A stretch of 20,774 nt of DNA from Candidatus Bipolaricaulia bacterium (GTDB lineage Bacteria; Bipolaricaulota; Bipolaricaulia; JBHIAT01): contig JBHIAT010000051.1 of NCBI GenBank assembly GCA_046758705.1, positions 1 through 20,774 of the forward strand. Direction: 5' to 3'. Positions 1-9,100 of this stretch are shown here, piece by piece. The translations under genes were made by a program, and so were the position numbers. A model generated the notes under the pieces. That model was given only the letters and a program-made list of their open reading frames with translations, was not told the origin of the DNA and did not search any database. Position 1 is the stretch's first letter; the number at the start of each line of letters is the position of its first letter.

Positions 1-36
1 CGTAAGCGCACGTTGGAGCGACTGGATGAGTTGTGA
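1..36 (+). CDS. possible 3' end of a gene entering from the left (RKRTLERLDEL*)
   Basis: Frame 1 is open from the window edge to TGA at 34-36 and is followed by AT-richer intergenic sequence; too short to identify. Confidence 0.3.
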   Translation, partial: RKRTLERLDEL

Positions 37-68
37 CTAAAGTGACGTTGTAGTATTAGGTTGCAAGA

Positions 69-112
69 AGTATATCCTGTGAAGGTTGCAAAATTGTTGA
101 CGCGATTGTTGA
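69..112 (-). promoter_or_regulatory. 44-bp repeated element, copy 1 (direct-repeat box plus TATACT -10 on the minus strand)
   Basis: 37/44 identical to 2881-2924 by manual alignment. Minus strand reads TCAACAA-tcgcg-TCAACAA-tttt-GCAACCT-8nt-TATACT. Confidence 0.6.
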
Positions 113-146
113 TCCAGGAATGACTACCGAAATGATGTCCCGCAGG

Positions 147-818
147 TTATTTTTTACGAAAGAGAGATAAGCAAAGCACCTGTACGGTTACGAGAACGGT
201 CCAGCCCACGGCCAAGTCCACGACTGCCCGCCAGAGCTCGGTCTCGACCACGACCGCGACCCCGAACAAGGCTCCGAACACGGCCCAGCCCACCGTGGTA
301 GTGCCAACCCACCACCAGGCGGCTTTGACATAATTGCGGAGGATAAGCCATTGTGCCGTCCCGACCATGACCCCGATCACGATCCCGACCACGGCCCAGA
401 TCCCGACCTTTTCCCCTACCTTTGCCAATTCCTTACCATACAACAAAAATAACGATATCAATTCCTCGCCCCAACCTGCAACCACAGCCATAATCACGGC
501 CACGACCATAGCCATGGCCCAGCTCACCGTGGCAGCGGCAACCCACCCGGCAACTTTGACGAACTTGCGGAGTACAAGCCATTGTGCAATCCCGACCACA
601 GCCCCACCTACGGCCCCACCCATGACCCCTCTGACCCCAGCCACGGCCCCACCGGTGGCCCCAATTGTGGCCCCAAACACGAACACGACCCAGCCCATGG
701 TCAATCCCACAGAGTTCATTAAGACAAACAGTAATATGAATTTCGGTCGATTATTGGGTTCTATGAAGAACTGCTGGGATGTCAGAGTCGAACCTGAAGA
801 CACCGCTTGGTCGTTCAC
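147..818 (-). CDS. hypothetical integral membrane protein with two Gly-rich 'AQWLxLR' repeats
   Basis: GTG start at 818 with AAGGAGA RBS 6 nt upstream; multiple hydrophobic helices; internal repeat GIAQWLVLRKFVKVAGW / GTAQWLILRNYVKAAWW. Confidence 0.8.
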   Translation of the reverse strand: MNDQAVSSGSTLTSQQFFIEPNNRPKFILLFVLMNSVGLTMGWVVFVFGATIGATGGAVAGVRGVMGGAVGGAVVGIAQWLVLRKFVKVAGWVAAATVSWAMAMVVAVIMAVVAGWGEELISLFLLYGKELAKVGEKVGIWAVVGIVIGVMVGTAQWLILRNYVKAAWWWVGTTTVGWAVFGALFGVAVVVETELWRAVVDLAVGWTVLVTVQVLCLSLFRKK

Positions 819-887
819 GTTGCGTCTCCTTGCTGCAATGATTCGTAGATCCCTATCGTATCATACCCGACATCGGCCACGCATACC

Positions 888-1460
888 TCAACCGGAGCGA
901 ACCGGAATCACCCACGCCACCCACGTGCCCAGCAAAGCAAAGATCACCCCGGCCCACAGGTCGCTGAAAGACGGCTCCAATAGCCAACCCTCCCCAATAA
1001 ATTCGCGAACGACATTGAAAATGACGAGCCCGAGAAACGACTCAGCCAGCGAGATACGCCACCATCCCACCAACAGGAAGGGTACGCTGAAGAAGCCGAT
1101 GAGATGCAGCAGGTTGCGCCACAGAGCCGATCCGTCGCTCAGCCAGAGTTCGTACAGGTTGGCATAGGTCTGGGTATCGGGAGGCATCCGCCAGAAGAGG
1201 AAGAAATGGTGAAAGTTCATCCCAATGCGTGCCAGTCCAGCAGCAGATTCTCCTTGAAGGACAGTATAGCGAGTATAGAAGGTCGGGGGGAGATTCCATT
1301 GCCCCAACCGGGCACCGACCCACCAGAAGGCGGCCTCCCCGACGATGAACGCAAACAGCGCGCCCCAGAAGAACCATCGCACGCGCGTGGATCGTTTCAT
1401 CTTCGTGGATCGGTCGGCCTGAACCTGTTGCTTTATCTCATCCTGCCCACCGCTTGACAT
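888..1460 (-). CDS. hypothetical membrane protein; C-terminal half resembles a VanZ-like H..E..D motif
   Basis: 190-aa ORF co-oriented with its neighbours; several TM segments; LLHLIGFF...VVREF...SFSDLWAG..ALLG pattern. The family assignment is tentative. Confidence 0.65.
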   Translation of the reverse strand: MSSGGQDEIKQQVQADRSTKMKRSTRVRWFFWGALFAFIVGEAAFWWVGARLGQWNLPPTFYTRYTVLQGESAAGLARIGMNFHHFFLFWRMPPDTQTYANLYELWLSDGSALWRNLLHLIGFFSVPFLLVGWWRISLAESFLGLVIFNVVREFIGEGWLLEPSFSDLWAGVIFALLGTWVAWVIPVRSG

Positions 1461-1493
1461 GAACCATCCCCAACCTGGTCGCCAACACTATAT

Positions 1494-2811
1494 TTAGAAC
1501 GCACCGGCAAGCTTGGCTTCCCGGGCCTGTTCTTCATCTACGAAGTATAACAGAATCAAACCCACAATAAAGAAAACTATCAATGAGATGATCGATAGCC
1601 TGGCCGTTCCCGTGACCTGTCGGATCACCGCAAACGCCACCGGCCCCCAAATGGCAGAGAACTTGCTGAACACCGAATAGAAGCCATAAAACTCAGCGCT
1701 GGCTTCCTCTGGAATCATCGATCCATAAAAGGAGCGGCTGAGCGCCTGTGAGCCTCCAAGCACGATCCCGACAATCACACCCAGGATCAAGTATTCCGTG
1801 GCGGTATGCATAAAGTAAGCATAGGTGACCACGCCACTCCACAGGACCAACGAGACCATCACCGCATACTTCGTCCCGATGTGGCCCGCCAGCTTGCCGA
1901 ACAACAACGCTCCCACAGAAGCAACGAACTGTACGATGAGCAAGGTCACCATTAAGGTCGTCGTGGAGAGCTGCAACTCCTCTTTTCCAAAGATGGTGGC
2001 CATAATGATGACGGTCCCGATCCCATCGTTATAGATCATGAACGCGATTAAAAAGATTAAAAGGTGCTTGAACCGTGCGATCTTTTTAAAAGTTTTGAAC
2101 GTTCTGGTCAATCCAATTGCCGTATAAGCCCTCCATTTGGCCTTGGATTTGTATTCTTCCGGCATCTTCTCTGTGGTCTCGGCCTCCTTGAGATGTTTTA
2201 ACGCCACCAGGGTAAATCCGGCCCACCACAGCCCGGCCATCGCCATCCCAATCCGGACCGCCAACGCTTCACTGATGCCCAGGACTTCATGTCCAGCCAC
2301 CAGGCCTAATGCGATGGCAAACTGTAACCCACCGCCGATGTAACCGAAGGCATAACCCTTCCCCGACACCCAGTCGATCTTATCTTCGGATGCGATCTGG
2401 GGCAAAAACGCATCGTAGAATATGTTGGCTCCCACAAACCCGATCCGCGAAACCATAGCGAAGATAACGACGCTCCATAGGGCTCCTGAACGAGGAAAGT
2501 AGAGAAGAAGGGTAAACAGACTCCCCATATAAGCAAACGAGATCAAAAACTTTTTCTTGGCTGCAGAAAAGTCCGCTATCGCCCCCAAAATGGGAGCAAA
2601 CAGAAACACAAAAAACGCGCTCGCGCCGGCCATGTAACCCCATAAGGAGGTCGCGCTGAGCGTGACCTTCCCGATCTGAATTCCTTCCTCTCCCACGATG
2701 ACTGTGGCCAAGTAGGCGGGCAACAGAGCCCCGATCACGGTAATCACGTAGGCAGAGGGCCCAGTCATACATATACCAGCCGAAAAGAGTGGCCCTATCG
2801 TTCTTCATCAT
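1494..2811 (-). pseudogene. UMF1/Atg22-family MFS transporter, frameshifted near the N-terminus
   Basis: The N-terminus MMKNDRATLFGWYMYDWA (ATG at 2811 or 2808) is in one frame and SAYVITV...YDAFLP...GYAFGYIGGG...MIYNDG...QALSRS is in another. DNA reads TGG GCC C TCT GCC TAC, where the family motif YDWANSAY needs AAC: two A's are missing at ~2757. Confidence 0.85.
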
Positions 2812-2823
2812 CGGTTCTCTCGC

Positions 2824-2829
2824 ATTATA
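2824..2829 (-). promoter_or_regulatory. consensus TATAAT -10 just upstream of the MFS start
   Basis: TATAAT lies 12 nt upstream of ATG 2811; the candidate -35 TTGAGG (2849-2854) is at a non-optimal 19-bp spacing. Confidence 0.4.
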
Positions 2830-2880
2830 CCCCATCCCCGACACATCACCTCAATCACGTCTTTTGCACACGCAAGAGGC

Positions 2881-2924
2881 AGTATACCGGGTGGAGGTTG
2901 TAAAATTATTGACGAGATTGTTGA
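2881..2924 (-). promoter_or_regulatory. 44-bp repeated element, copy 2, upstream of the MFS gene
   Basis: Minus strand reads TCAACAA-tctcg-TCAATAA-tttt-ACAACCT-8nt-TATACT and points toward ATG 2811, about 70 nt away. Confidence 0.6.
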
Positions 2925-2928
2925 AGGT

Positions 2929-2955
2929 GGGAGGCCCCATGAGTTGGGGCCTCCC
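2929..2955 (-). terminator. GC-rich hairpin downstream of the MMPL gene
   Basis: Perfect 11-bp stem GGGAGGCCCCA-tgagt-TGGGGCCTCCC, 15 nt after the stop at 2971; no clear U-tract. Confidence 0.6.
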
Positions 2956-2970
2956 TAGATAGCAATCAGC

Positions 2971-5220
2971 TCAGCTGCTCGACTCAGCCACCGAGTCGGC
3001 CTCCGTGGCAGGGACCGGTACGGTTTCTGCCGTCTCTACCCGCATCTCCGGCAGCCAGCGCAACACGGACGGCAGATACCAGTTGCGCCGCCCCAGCAAC
3101 TTCATAGTGGCTGGCACCAGGATCGAACGCACGATCGTGGCATCCAGAAATATGGCCACCGCCAGTCCAAATCCAAATTGCTGGAACATGACCAGGTTGC
3201 CGCTGGCGAAGCCACCGAAGACGGCGACCATGATCAGGGCCGCGCCGGTAATGATGCCCGCCGTTGACCGGAGACCAAAGGCCACCGACTCGCTGTTGTC
3301 ACCCGTCTGGTCGTAGCGCTCCCGGATGCGGCTCAACATGAACACGTGATAGTCCATCGACAGGCCAAATAGGATGGAGAACAGGAACAGGGGGAGCCAT
3401 ACCTCAACCGTCTCGACCTGCTGGAAGCCCAGCAGGCTAGCCCCAACTCCCTTCTGGAAAACAAGCACCACCAGTCCGTAGGCGGCCCCGACAGAGAGCA
3501 GGTTCATGATGATCGCCTTTATAGGAACCACCAGGGACCGGAACACCACGGTCAACAACAGGAAACTCAGGCCGAGAACGAACACGAATACGATCGGTGT
3601 AAAGCGGTCTGTCAGGTCGAAAAAGTCGATGTTCAAGGCCGTTTGTCCGGTCACCAGCACATCGGCCTGAACGCCGGAGAACGCCTGCGGAATATACTGG
3701 TTGCGCAGTTTTCTTATGGCATCGATGGCTTCATCACTGTTGGCATCGCCCATCACGGGTACAGACAGGAGAGCCAAGTCTCCGCTGGCGTTGACGATAA
3801 GGCGCGATGGGCCAAAGGTCGCATCCGATTCGAGGGCGGCTTGCAGGTTCTGGATGCCTGCCTGCACAGGCTGTGACGAGATGTTCCCGTCGATGACGAT
3901 CTCCGCCGGTGACACCAGCCCCGCCGAAAACTCCTCGTCAAGAATGAGAAACCCTTCTTTCGACTGGAGGCCATCGGGGAGCGTGCTGACACCAGCGGAC
4001 CCGGTGTTGATGTCGAAGTAGGGGACAGCCGCCGCGATCAGCAGTCCCGCGGCCATCACCAGACCGATGACCGGACGTCTCATGACCCCACGCGTCACCC
4101 AGTTCCAGAAACCGCCCCGTTCGCGTTCCCCGGCTGTGCGTGTGGCGGTGCCCCGTTGCAGGAAGGGGATACGCAGCGAGTTGACCTTATTACCCATCAG
4201 ACTGAGCACGGCCGGCAACAGGGTCAGCGAGGCGAGCATGGCGGCAATGACGACCAGGATGGCGCCTAATGCTATGCTGCGAAAGACGGTGGTCGGCACG
4301 ATGAACATGCCGAGCAGTGCCAGGACGACGGTCATTCCGCTGAAAAATACCGCACGGCTGGACGTCGCACCCGCCGTCGCGATCGCATCCATCTTCTCCA
4401 GGCCCCGTCTGCGCTCTTCTCGATAGCGCGATACAATGAACAGCGAGTAATCGATGCCGACGGCCAGTCCCATCATGGTGATCATGTTGGTGACGAAGAA
4501 GGAGAAGTCGAAGAACTGTCCGATTAACGCGGTCGCCCCTAATGCCATCACGATCGAGACGATGGCAAGACCGATCGGGACAGTCGTTGCACCCAGGGTG
4601 CCGAACACCAACAGCAAGATGAACAGGGCAACAGCGACGCCGATGGCTTCACCGGTTCGCAGGTCTTGTTCTGCAACCTCCTGGAAATCCAGGCCGACGC
4701 TGGCCATACCGGTGATCAACGTCTGAAACCCGTCCTTCCCGTCGGCTGCGCGAATGACGTCGTGAAGCTGGTCGATGTTCTCCGAGGCGTCGTCGAGCGT
4801 GCCCGCCATGATGAGGGGCAGAATGGTGGTGTGCCGGTCAGCCGAAACCAGCGATTCGTCGCCGATCAGATAGTAGTTGATCCCTTGCTCGATGGCGCCG
4901 TCTCCCAGGGCCATGATATCAGCAAACAGGCCCTCCACATACGCTTTGAAAGCCGGATCATCCACGGTCAACGTCTGCGATCTGACAATGGCGATCTCGT
5001 TCGCCTTCATGGGACCGCGAAGACGCTCCTCAAGCAGATTATCAGCACGTTTAGACTCGGGATTGTTGGTGAAACCTTGTTGGGTGGTCAAAGCATCTCC
5101 AAGCAAGGTGACATTGAGTACCAGAGCAACGAGGAGGGCCAAACCCCACAGGCCGATGATGAGCCACGGTCGCTGGCCACTCTTGCGGGCCAGTGCTTCA
5201 GTCGATAGTTTGAGCGACAT
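2971..5220 (-). CDS. MMPL-family (RND superfamily) transporter
   Basis: 749 aa with duplicated MMPL halves; motifs GLAVGIDYSLFIVSRYREE and LFGLSMDYHVFMLSRIRE; RBS AAGGAGGAA at 5226-5234. Confidence 0.95.
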   Translation of the reverse strand: MSLKLSTEALARKSGQRPWLIIGLWGLALLVALVLNVTLLGDALTTQQGFTNNPESKRADNLLEERLRGPMKANEIAIVRSQTLTVDDPAFKAYVEGLFADIMALGDGAIEQGINYYLIGDESLVSADRHTTILPLIMAGTLDDASENIDQLHDVIRAADGKDGFQTLITGMASVGLDFQEVAEQDLRTGEAIGVAVALFILLLVFGTLGATTVPIGLAIVSIVMALGATALIGQFFDFSFFVTNMITMMGLAVGIDYSLFIVSRYREERRRGLEKMDAIATAGATSSRAVFFSGMTVVLALLGMFIVPTTVFRSIALGAILVVIAAMLASLTLLPAVLSLMGNKVNSLRIPFLQRGTATRTAGERERGGFWNWVTRGVMRRPVIGLVMAAGLLIAAAVPYFDINTGSAGVSTLPDGLQSKEGFLILDEEFSAGLVSPAEIVIDGNISSQPVQAGIQNLQAALESDATFGPSRLIVNASGDLALLSVPVMGDANSDEAIDAIRKLRNQYIPQAFSGVQADVLVTGQTALNIDFFDLTDRFTPIVFVFVLGLSFLLLTVVFRSLVVPIKAIIMNLLSVGAAYGLVVLVFQKGVGASLLGFQQVETVEVWLPLFLFSILFGLSMDYHVFMLSRIRERYDQTGDNSESVAFGLRSTAGIITGAALIMVAVFGGFASGNLVMFQQFGFGLAVAIFLDATIVRSILVPATMKLLGRRNWYLPSVLRWLPEMRVETAETVPVPATEADSVAESSS

Positions 5221-5305
5221 GAGTATTCCTCCTTAACAATATCTTCAATTGATTTTGAGATTCAAAAGCGAGTCCCTACTCTATTTTGCACTATGCGTAC
5301 ACCGG

Positions 5306-5944
5306 TCAAGCTTCCGGTGAACTTTCTTCCGGCCTCTCGCCTTGCCAGAAGGATCCGTCCAGCATCGCCTTAACGACGGCCACATACTTCCACACGTCCA
5401 CATCGGGGTCCATTCCTTTCTGGAGCAGGAGCCCGTCGAAAAGAGAGATCATCACCCGCGCCACGGCGTCCGGATCCAGGGCGGGGTTGATGTCACCCCG
5501 CTTCTGTGCCTGGTGGATGATCTCGGTGAACGCCCCTCGGACGCTGTCGAAGTTGCTGCGGAGCATCTCCATGATCGGGGGATTGCTCAACGCTTCCGCC
5601 CACAGTTGGACGCTCAGGCGGATCTTGACGTCTACGTCAGAGTCTTCCAGCGTGCTGAAGAACGCGTTCGCCAGCTCATCGAACACCTGAAGCGTGTCTT
5701 CCCGCTCCTTAGCAGCCTTGATGAGATCTAAGCTCTGCTGGAGGCTCTCCCCACCGCATATCGCCTCGATGATCTCCTCCTTGCTGTGGAAGTACCGATA
5801 TATGGCTCCCGGGCTCAACTCCGCCTCCTGGCAGATGTCCTGCATCGTGGTCTGATGGAACCCCTTGCGGGCGAAGCAAGCGGCGGCCGCGTCCAGGATC
5901 TGCTCGCGGCGCGCTTCCAGGTGCGCTTCAGTGACCTTAGGCAT
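5306..5944 (-). CDS. TetR/AcrR-family transcriptional regulator
   Basis: MPKVTEAHLEARREQILDAAAACFARKGFHQTTMQDICQEAELSPGAIYRYFHSKEEI is a TetR HTH. The likely start is ATG 5944 with a GGAGGTG RBS; the ORF-track start at 5974 lies within the operator region. Confidence 0.95.
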   Translation of the reverse strand: MPKVTEAHLEARREQILDAAAACFARKGFHQTTMQDICQEAELSPGAIYRYFHSKEEIIEAICGGESLQQSLDLIKAAKEREDTLQVFDELANAFFSTLEDSDVDVKIRLSVQLWAEALSNPPIMEMLRSNFDSVRGAFTEIIHQAQKRGDINPALDPDAVARVMISLFDGLLLQKGMDPDVDVWKYVAVVKAMLDGSFWQGERPEESSPEA

Positions 5945-5964
5945 TCGACACCTCCCTACATTTA

Positions 5965-6001
5965 GAAGGGACATTCACTTTTAAAAACGAATGCTCATTC
6001 G
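5965..6001. promoter_or_regulatory. probable TetR operators (palindrome plus a degenerate copy)
   Basis: CGAATG-ct-CATTCG at 5988-6001 overlaps the predicted tetR transcription start; a degenerate GAAGGGACATTC lies 24 bp away at 5965-5976. Confidence 0.7.
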
Positions 6002-6003
6002 AA

Positions 6004-6032
6004 ATTATACCTCCGACTTGTCTTTTTGTCAA
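6004..6032 (-). promoter_or_regulatory. perfect sigma70 promoter for tetR-mmpL
   Basis: TTGACA (6027-6032), 17 bp, TATAAT (6004-6009) on the minus strand. Confidence 0.9.
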
Positions 6033-6045
6033 CTTCCAGGGCTAT

Positions 6046-6074
6046 TTGACACCGATCATCATGCGAAGTATATT
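6046..6074 (+). promoter_or_regulatory. sigma70 promoter for the SARP-STAND gene
   Basis: TTGACA (6046-6051), 17 bp, TATATT (6069-6074); also conserved upstream of the paralogue at 20668-20697. Confidence 0.8.
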
Positions 6075-6107
6075 GAACTATCTTGATCTCGATTCCGGGG
6101 GAGCATC

Positions 6108-9100
6108 ATGGGGCTACGGGTGCAGCTCTTCGGGCCGTTCCAACTCTGGCGTGATGATCAGCCGATCCCGCCGGGAGATTGGAAGAGTGAGAAGGCCCAG
6201 GCCCTGCTCAAGATCCTGCTCACCGATCCCGGCCGCACCTTCACCCACGATCAGTTCATCGATTGGCTCTGGCCCGAGGCCGATCCCGATAAAGCCCAGA
6301 AAAGCCTCCGACCGCTGATCACCCGGGTACGCCGCATTCTGGAGCCCGAACTCAAACGCGGTCCGCAATCCCAATATATCTTCACCCGGCCGTCCGGCTA
6401 CTGCTTCAACCCCGAAGCGGACTGTATCATCGACTCTGAGGTATGCAAAAAACACCTGCAACAAGCCCATCAGTTGGAATCAAAGGACCAATTTGAACGG
6501 GTGATTCAGGAGTATGAGCAAGCGGTGGCCCTGTATCAGGGAGAGTTCCTCGCCGAGGATCGCTACGCAGACTGGGCGATCTCCCATACGGAACGATGGC
6601 AAGGGATCTATCTCGACACCCTGTCCCAGCTCGCCGAATGCCATGCTCGCCTGGCTCAATATCGAAGAGCGATCGCCCGCTGCAATCAGATCCTGGAGAT
6701 CGAGCCCTATCGGGAAGACACCTACCGACAACTGATGCTCTACTACTACCTGGCCGGGGATCCAGAGCGGGCGGTCCAGATCTATGAGCGCTACCGCACC
6801 CGATTGCGTGATGATCTGGAGACGGAGCCTCTGCCCGAAACCCAAGAGCTCTACCAACAGATCGTCGACCGGGACATCCCGGGGATCGATGAGGTCTACC
6901 AACCGGTCTCGGTGGTCGAACGCAGTCCCGTCCCGGCATTGCTGAGCCGGATTCCGTTCATCGGGCGAGAGGCAGAGTACGCCGCTTTGGTTAACCACGT
7001 GGAGGAAGTTGCGACCGGAGCGGGACGGATGATCTTCGTCTATGGAGAGGCAGGGATTGGAAAGACGCGATTGATCCAGGAGTTCATCCACTATGCTCAT
7101 CACCACTACCAGACACGCAGTCTGAGAGGGCGCTGCCACGAGATGGGGATGGGGCTTCCCTATCAGCCGTTGATCGATGCGATCCGAGGTGAGCTGTCTC
7201 GGCTCGATCCCCAGGTGATCGACATTCAACCGCTGTGGTTGGCCGAGGTGGCTGATCTGGTCCCTGAGCTGCACGACCTGATCCCAGATCTGCCCGACAA
7301 CCCGTCCCTGCCCCCGGAGTTGAAACGGAACCGGCTGTTTGAAGGAACGACCCAATTCCTCATCGGCCTGGCTCAAACCGGCAAACCCCTGGTGCTGTTC
7401 CTCGATGATCTCCATTGGGTTGATCCGTCCACATTCGACTTCCTCAACTACCTTCTCCCCCGCATTCGCCAGGAGCCCATCTTGGTCGTCGGCGCGTTTC
7501 GAAGCGAGGAGGTGGCCGATGTTGACCATCCACTGATCCGCCTGATGCAGGAAGGAGAACGACAAGAGTTGCTCCATCGCATCGAGCTGCCCCGGCTCTC
7601 CTATGAAGCAGTGCACCAACTCCTGGTGGAGATGTCCTCCGCCCTCAGCGAGCCGTTTTGTGAACGGATCTACCAAGAGACGGAGGGCAATCCGTTTTTC
7701 ATCGTGGCCGTGCTGCAGAACCTGTTCGCCGAGGGGGCGCTTCGCATTGTTGAAGCGGGGAGATGGATCAGCGACATCGACGACATCACCACCAACTACC
7801 GTGAGTTGATGATTCCCAAGCAAATCAAGGATGTGATCCGACGCCGGGTGGCTCGACTGGGAGAGGCTGAGCAGCAACTGCTGAAGTTAGTGGCAGTGAT
7901 CGGGAGGCGTTCCGAATTCGACCTGATTCAACAGGCTTGGGGAGGAGAGCCCGAGACGTTCTTGGACCCGGTGGAGCGGGTGACGGATGCCCAGTTGTTG
8001 GTAGAGTCTGAACAGGGGTACGAGTTCAGCCACGATAAGGTTCGGGAAGTGATCTACAATGAAGAGATAAGCGCACCGCGAAGACGGCTTCTCCATGGCA
8101 CGGTCGCGGAGACTATAGAGGCGTTGTATCAGGATAACATCGAGGAGCATGGTGAGGAGTTGGCGTACCATTATCAACGGAGTGGCGATCTGGAGAAGGC
8201 GCTGCACTATCTAATCCTGGCCGGGGATAAGGCGACTGCCCTGTACGCCTATCAGGAGGCCGGGGAGTATTACCAAAACGCCCTGGAGGTGCTTGATCAA
8301 CTTCCCCACACCCTGGAGCATCTTCGCCGAGGGATCGACCTACGGCTCAAGTGGGTGAATGCCTCCTACTATTCGGAACCGGAGAAGAACCTGAAGATCC
8401 TTGAACGGGCACGACAGATGGCTGAAGAGATCGAAGATCCCGACAGGATGGCACGAACCCACGATGTGATGGGACGGATGTATTACCTCCAGGGGGACCA
8501 AGCGGCGGCCGTAGACCAAGCGAACAAGATCCTGGGGATGGCTGAGGTGATCGCAGATGAGGCATTGATGACCTTCCCCTACAAAGTGCTGGGTATCGCC
8601 CTCCATTACAGAAAGGAATATCCGCAGGCGATCGATCACTTGCAACGGGGTATCGCATTGATAGAGCGGTTGGGGGAGGCGGTTCTCGATTATATCAGCG
8701 AGGACGTGGCTCATTTTTATGGCATGCTCGGCATCACCTACGCGGAGATCGGGGATTTCGATCGGGGATTCCACTACGTTGAGAAGGCGATCGAGATTGC
8801 CCAGCGGGTCAACGATCTCTATCGGTTGGGCCTGGAGTACGCATTTCTGATGAAGGTGTTTATGGAAAAGGGAGCGTACCGGCGGGCGCTTGAGTTAAGC
8901 CCGAAGGCTCTGGAGCTTTCCCAGAGATGGGGAAATGAATTCTCAATCGCACTGATCCACGGTGGCAAGGGTATATGCCACACTCGGATAGGGGAGTATC
9001 GGGAAGGGATGCCGCATTTACAGAAGGGGATTCAGATGGAGCGGGACTTAGGGATCACATTGCAATTGGGGTTAGGCATCGCGGAGCTGGGGCACGCTTA

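Noticed and set aside
12-112. Recurrent GTTG/GGTTGCAA words suggesting a CRISPR array or iteron set
   Set aside because: The units are only 4-9 bp with irregular spacing, there is no 23-47-bp repeat-spacer structure, and no cas or rep gene is present.
334-1167. 277-aa Thr/Pro/Ala-rich plus-strand ORF resembling a mucin-like protein
   Set aside because: It is the antisense shadow of the Gly/Val/Ala-rich membrane genes, which have the better RBS and coherent TM structure.
5233-5267. TTAACAATatctTCAATTGATTTT resembling the 44-bp element, and palindrome TTTTGA-gat-TCAAAA
   Set aside because: Opposite orientation, no TATACT at the required distance, and short AT-rich matches are expected by chance.
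6480-7877. 465-aa minus-strand ORF, with a similar ORF at 19498-19944
   Set aside because: Antisense to the clearly recognisable STAND gene; the similarity between the two shadows simply reflects the paralogy.
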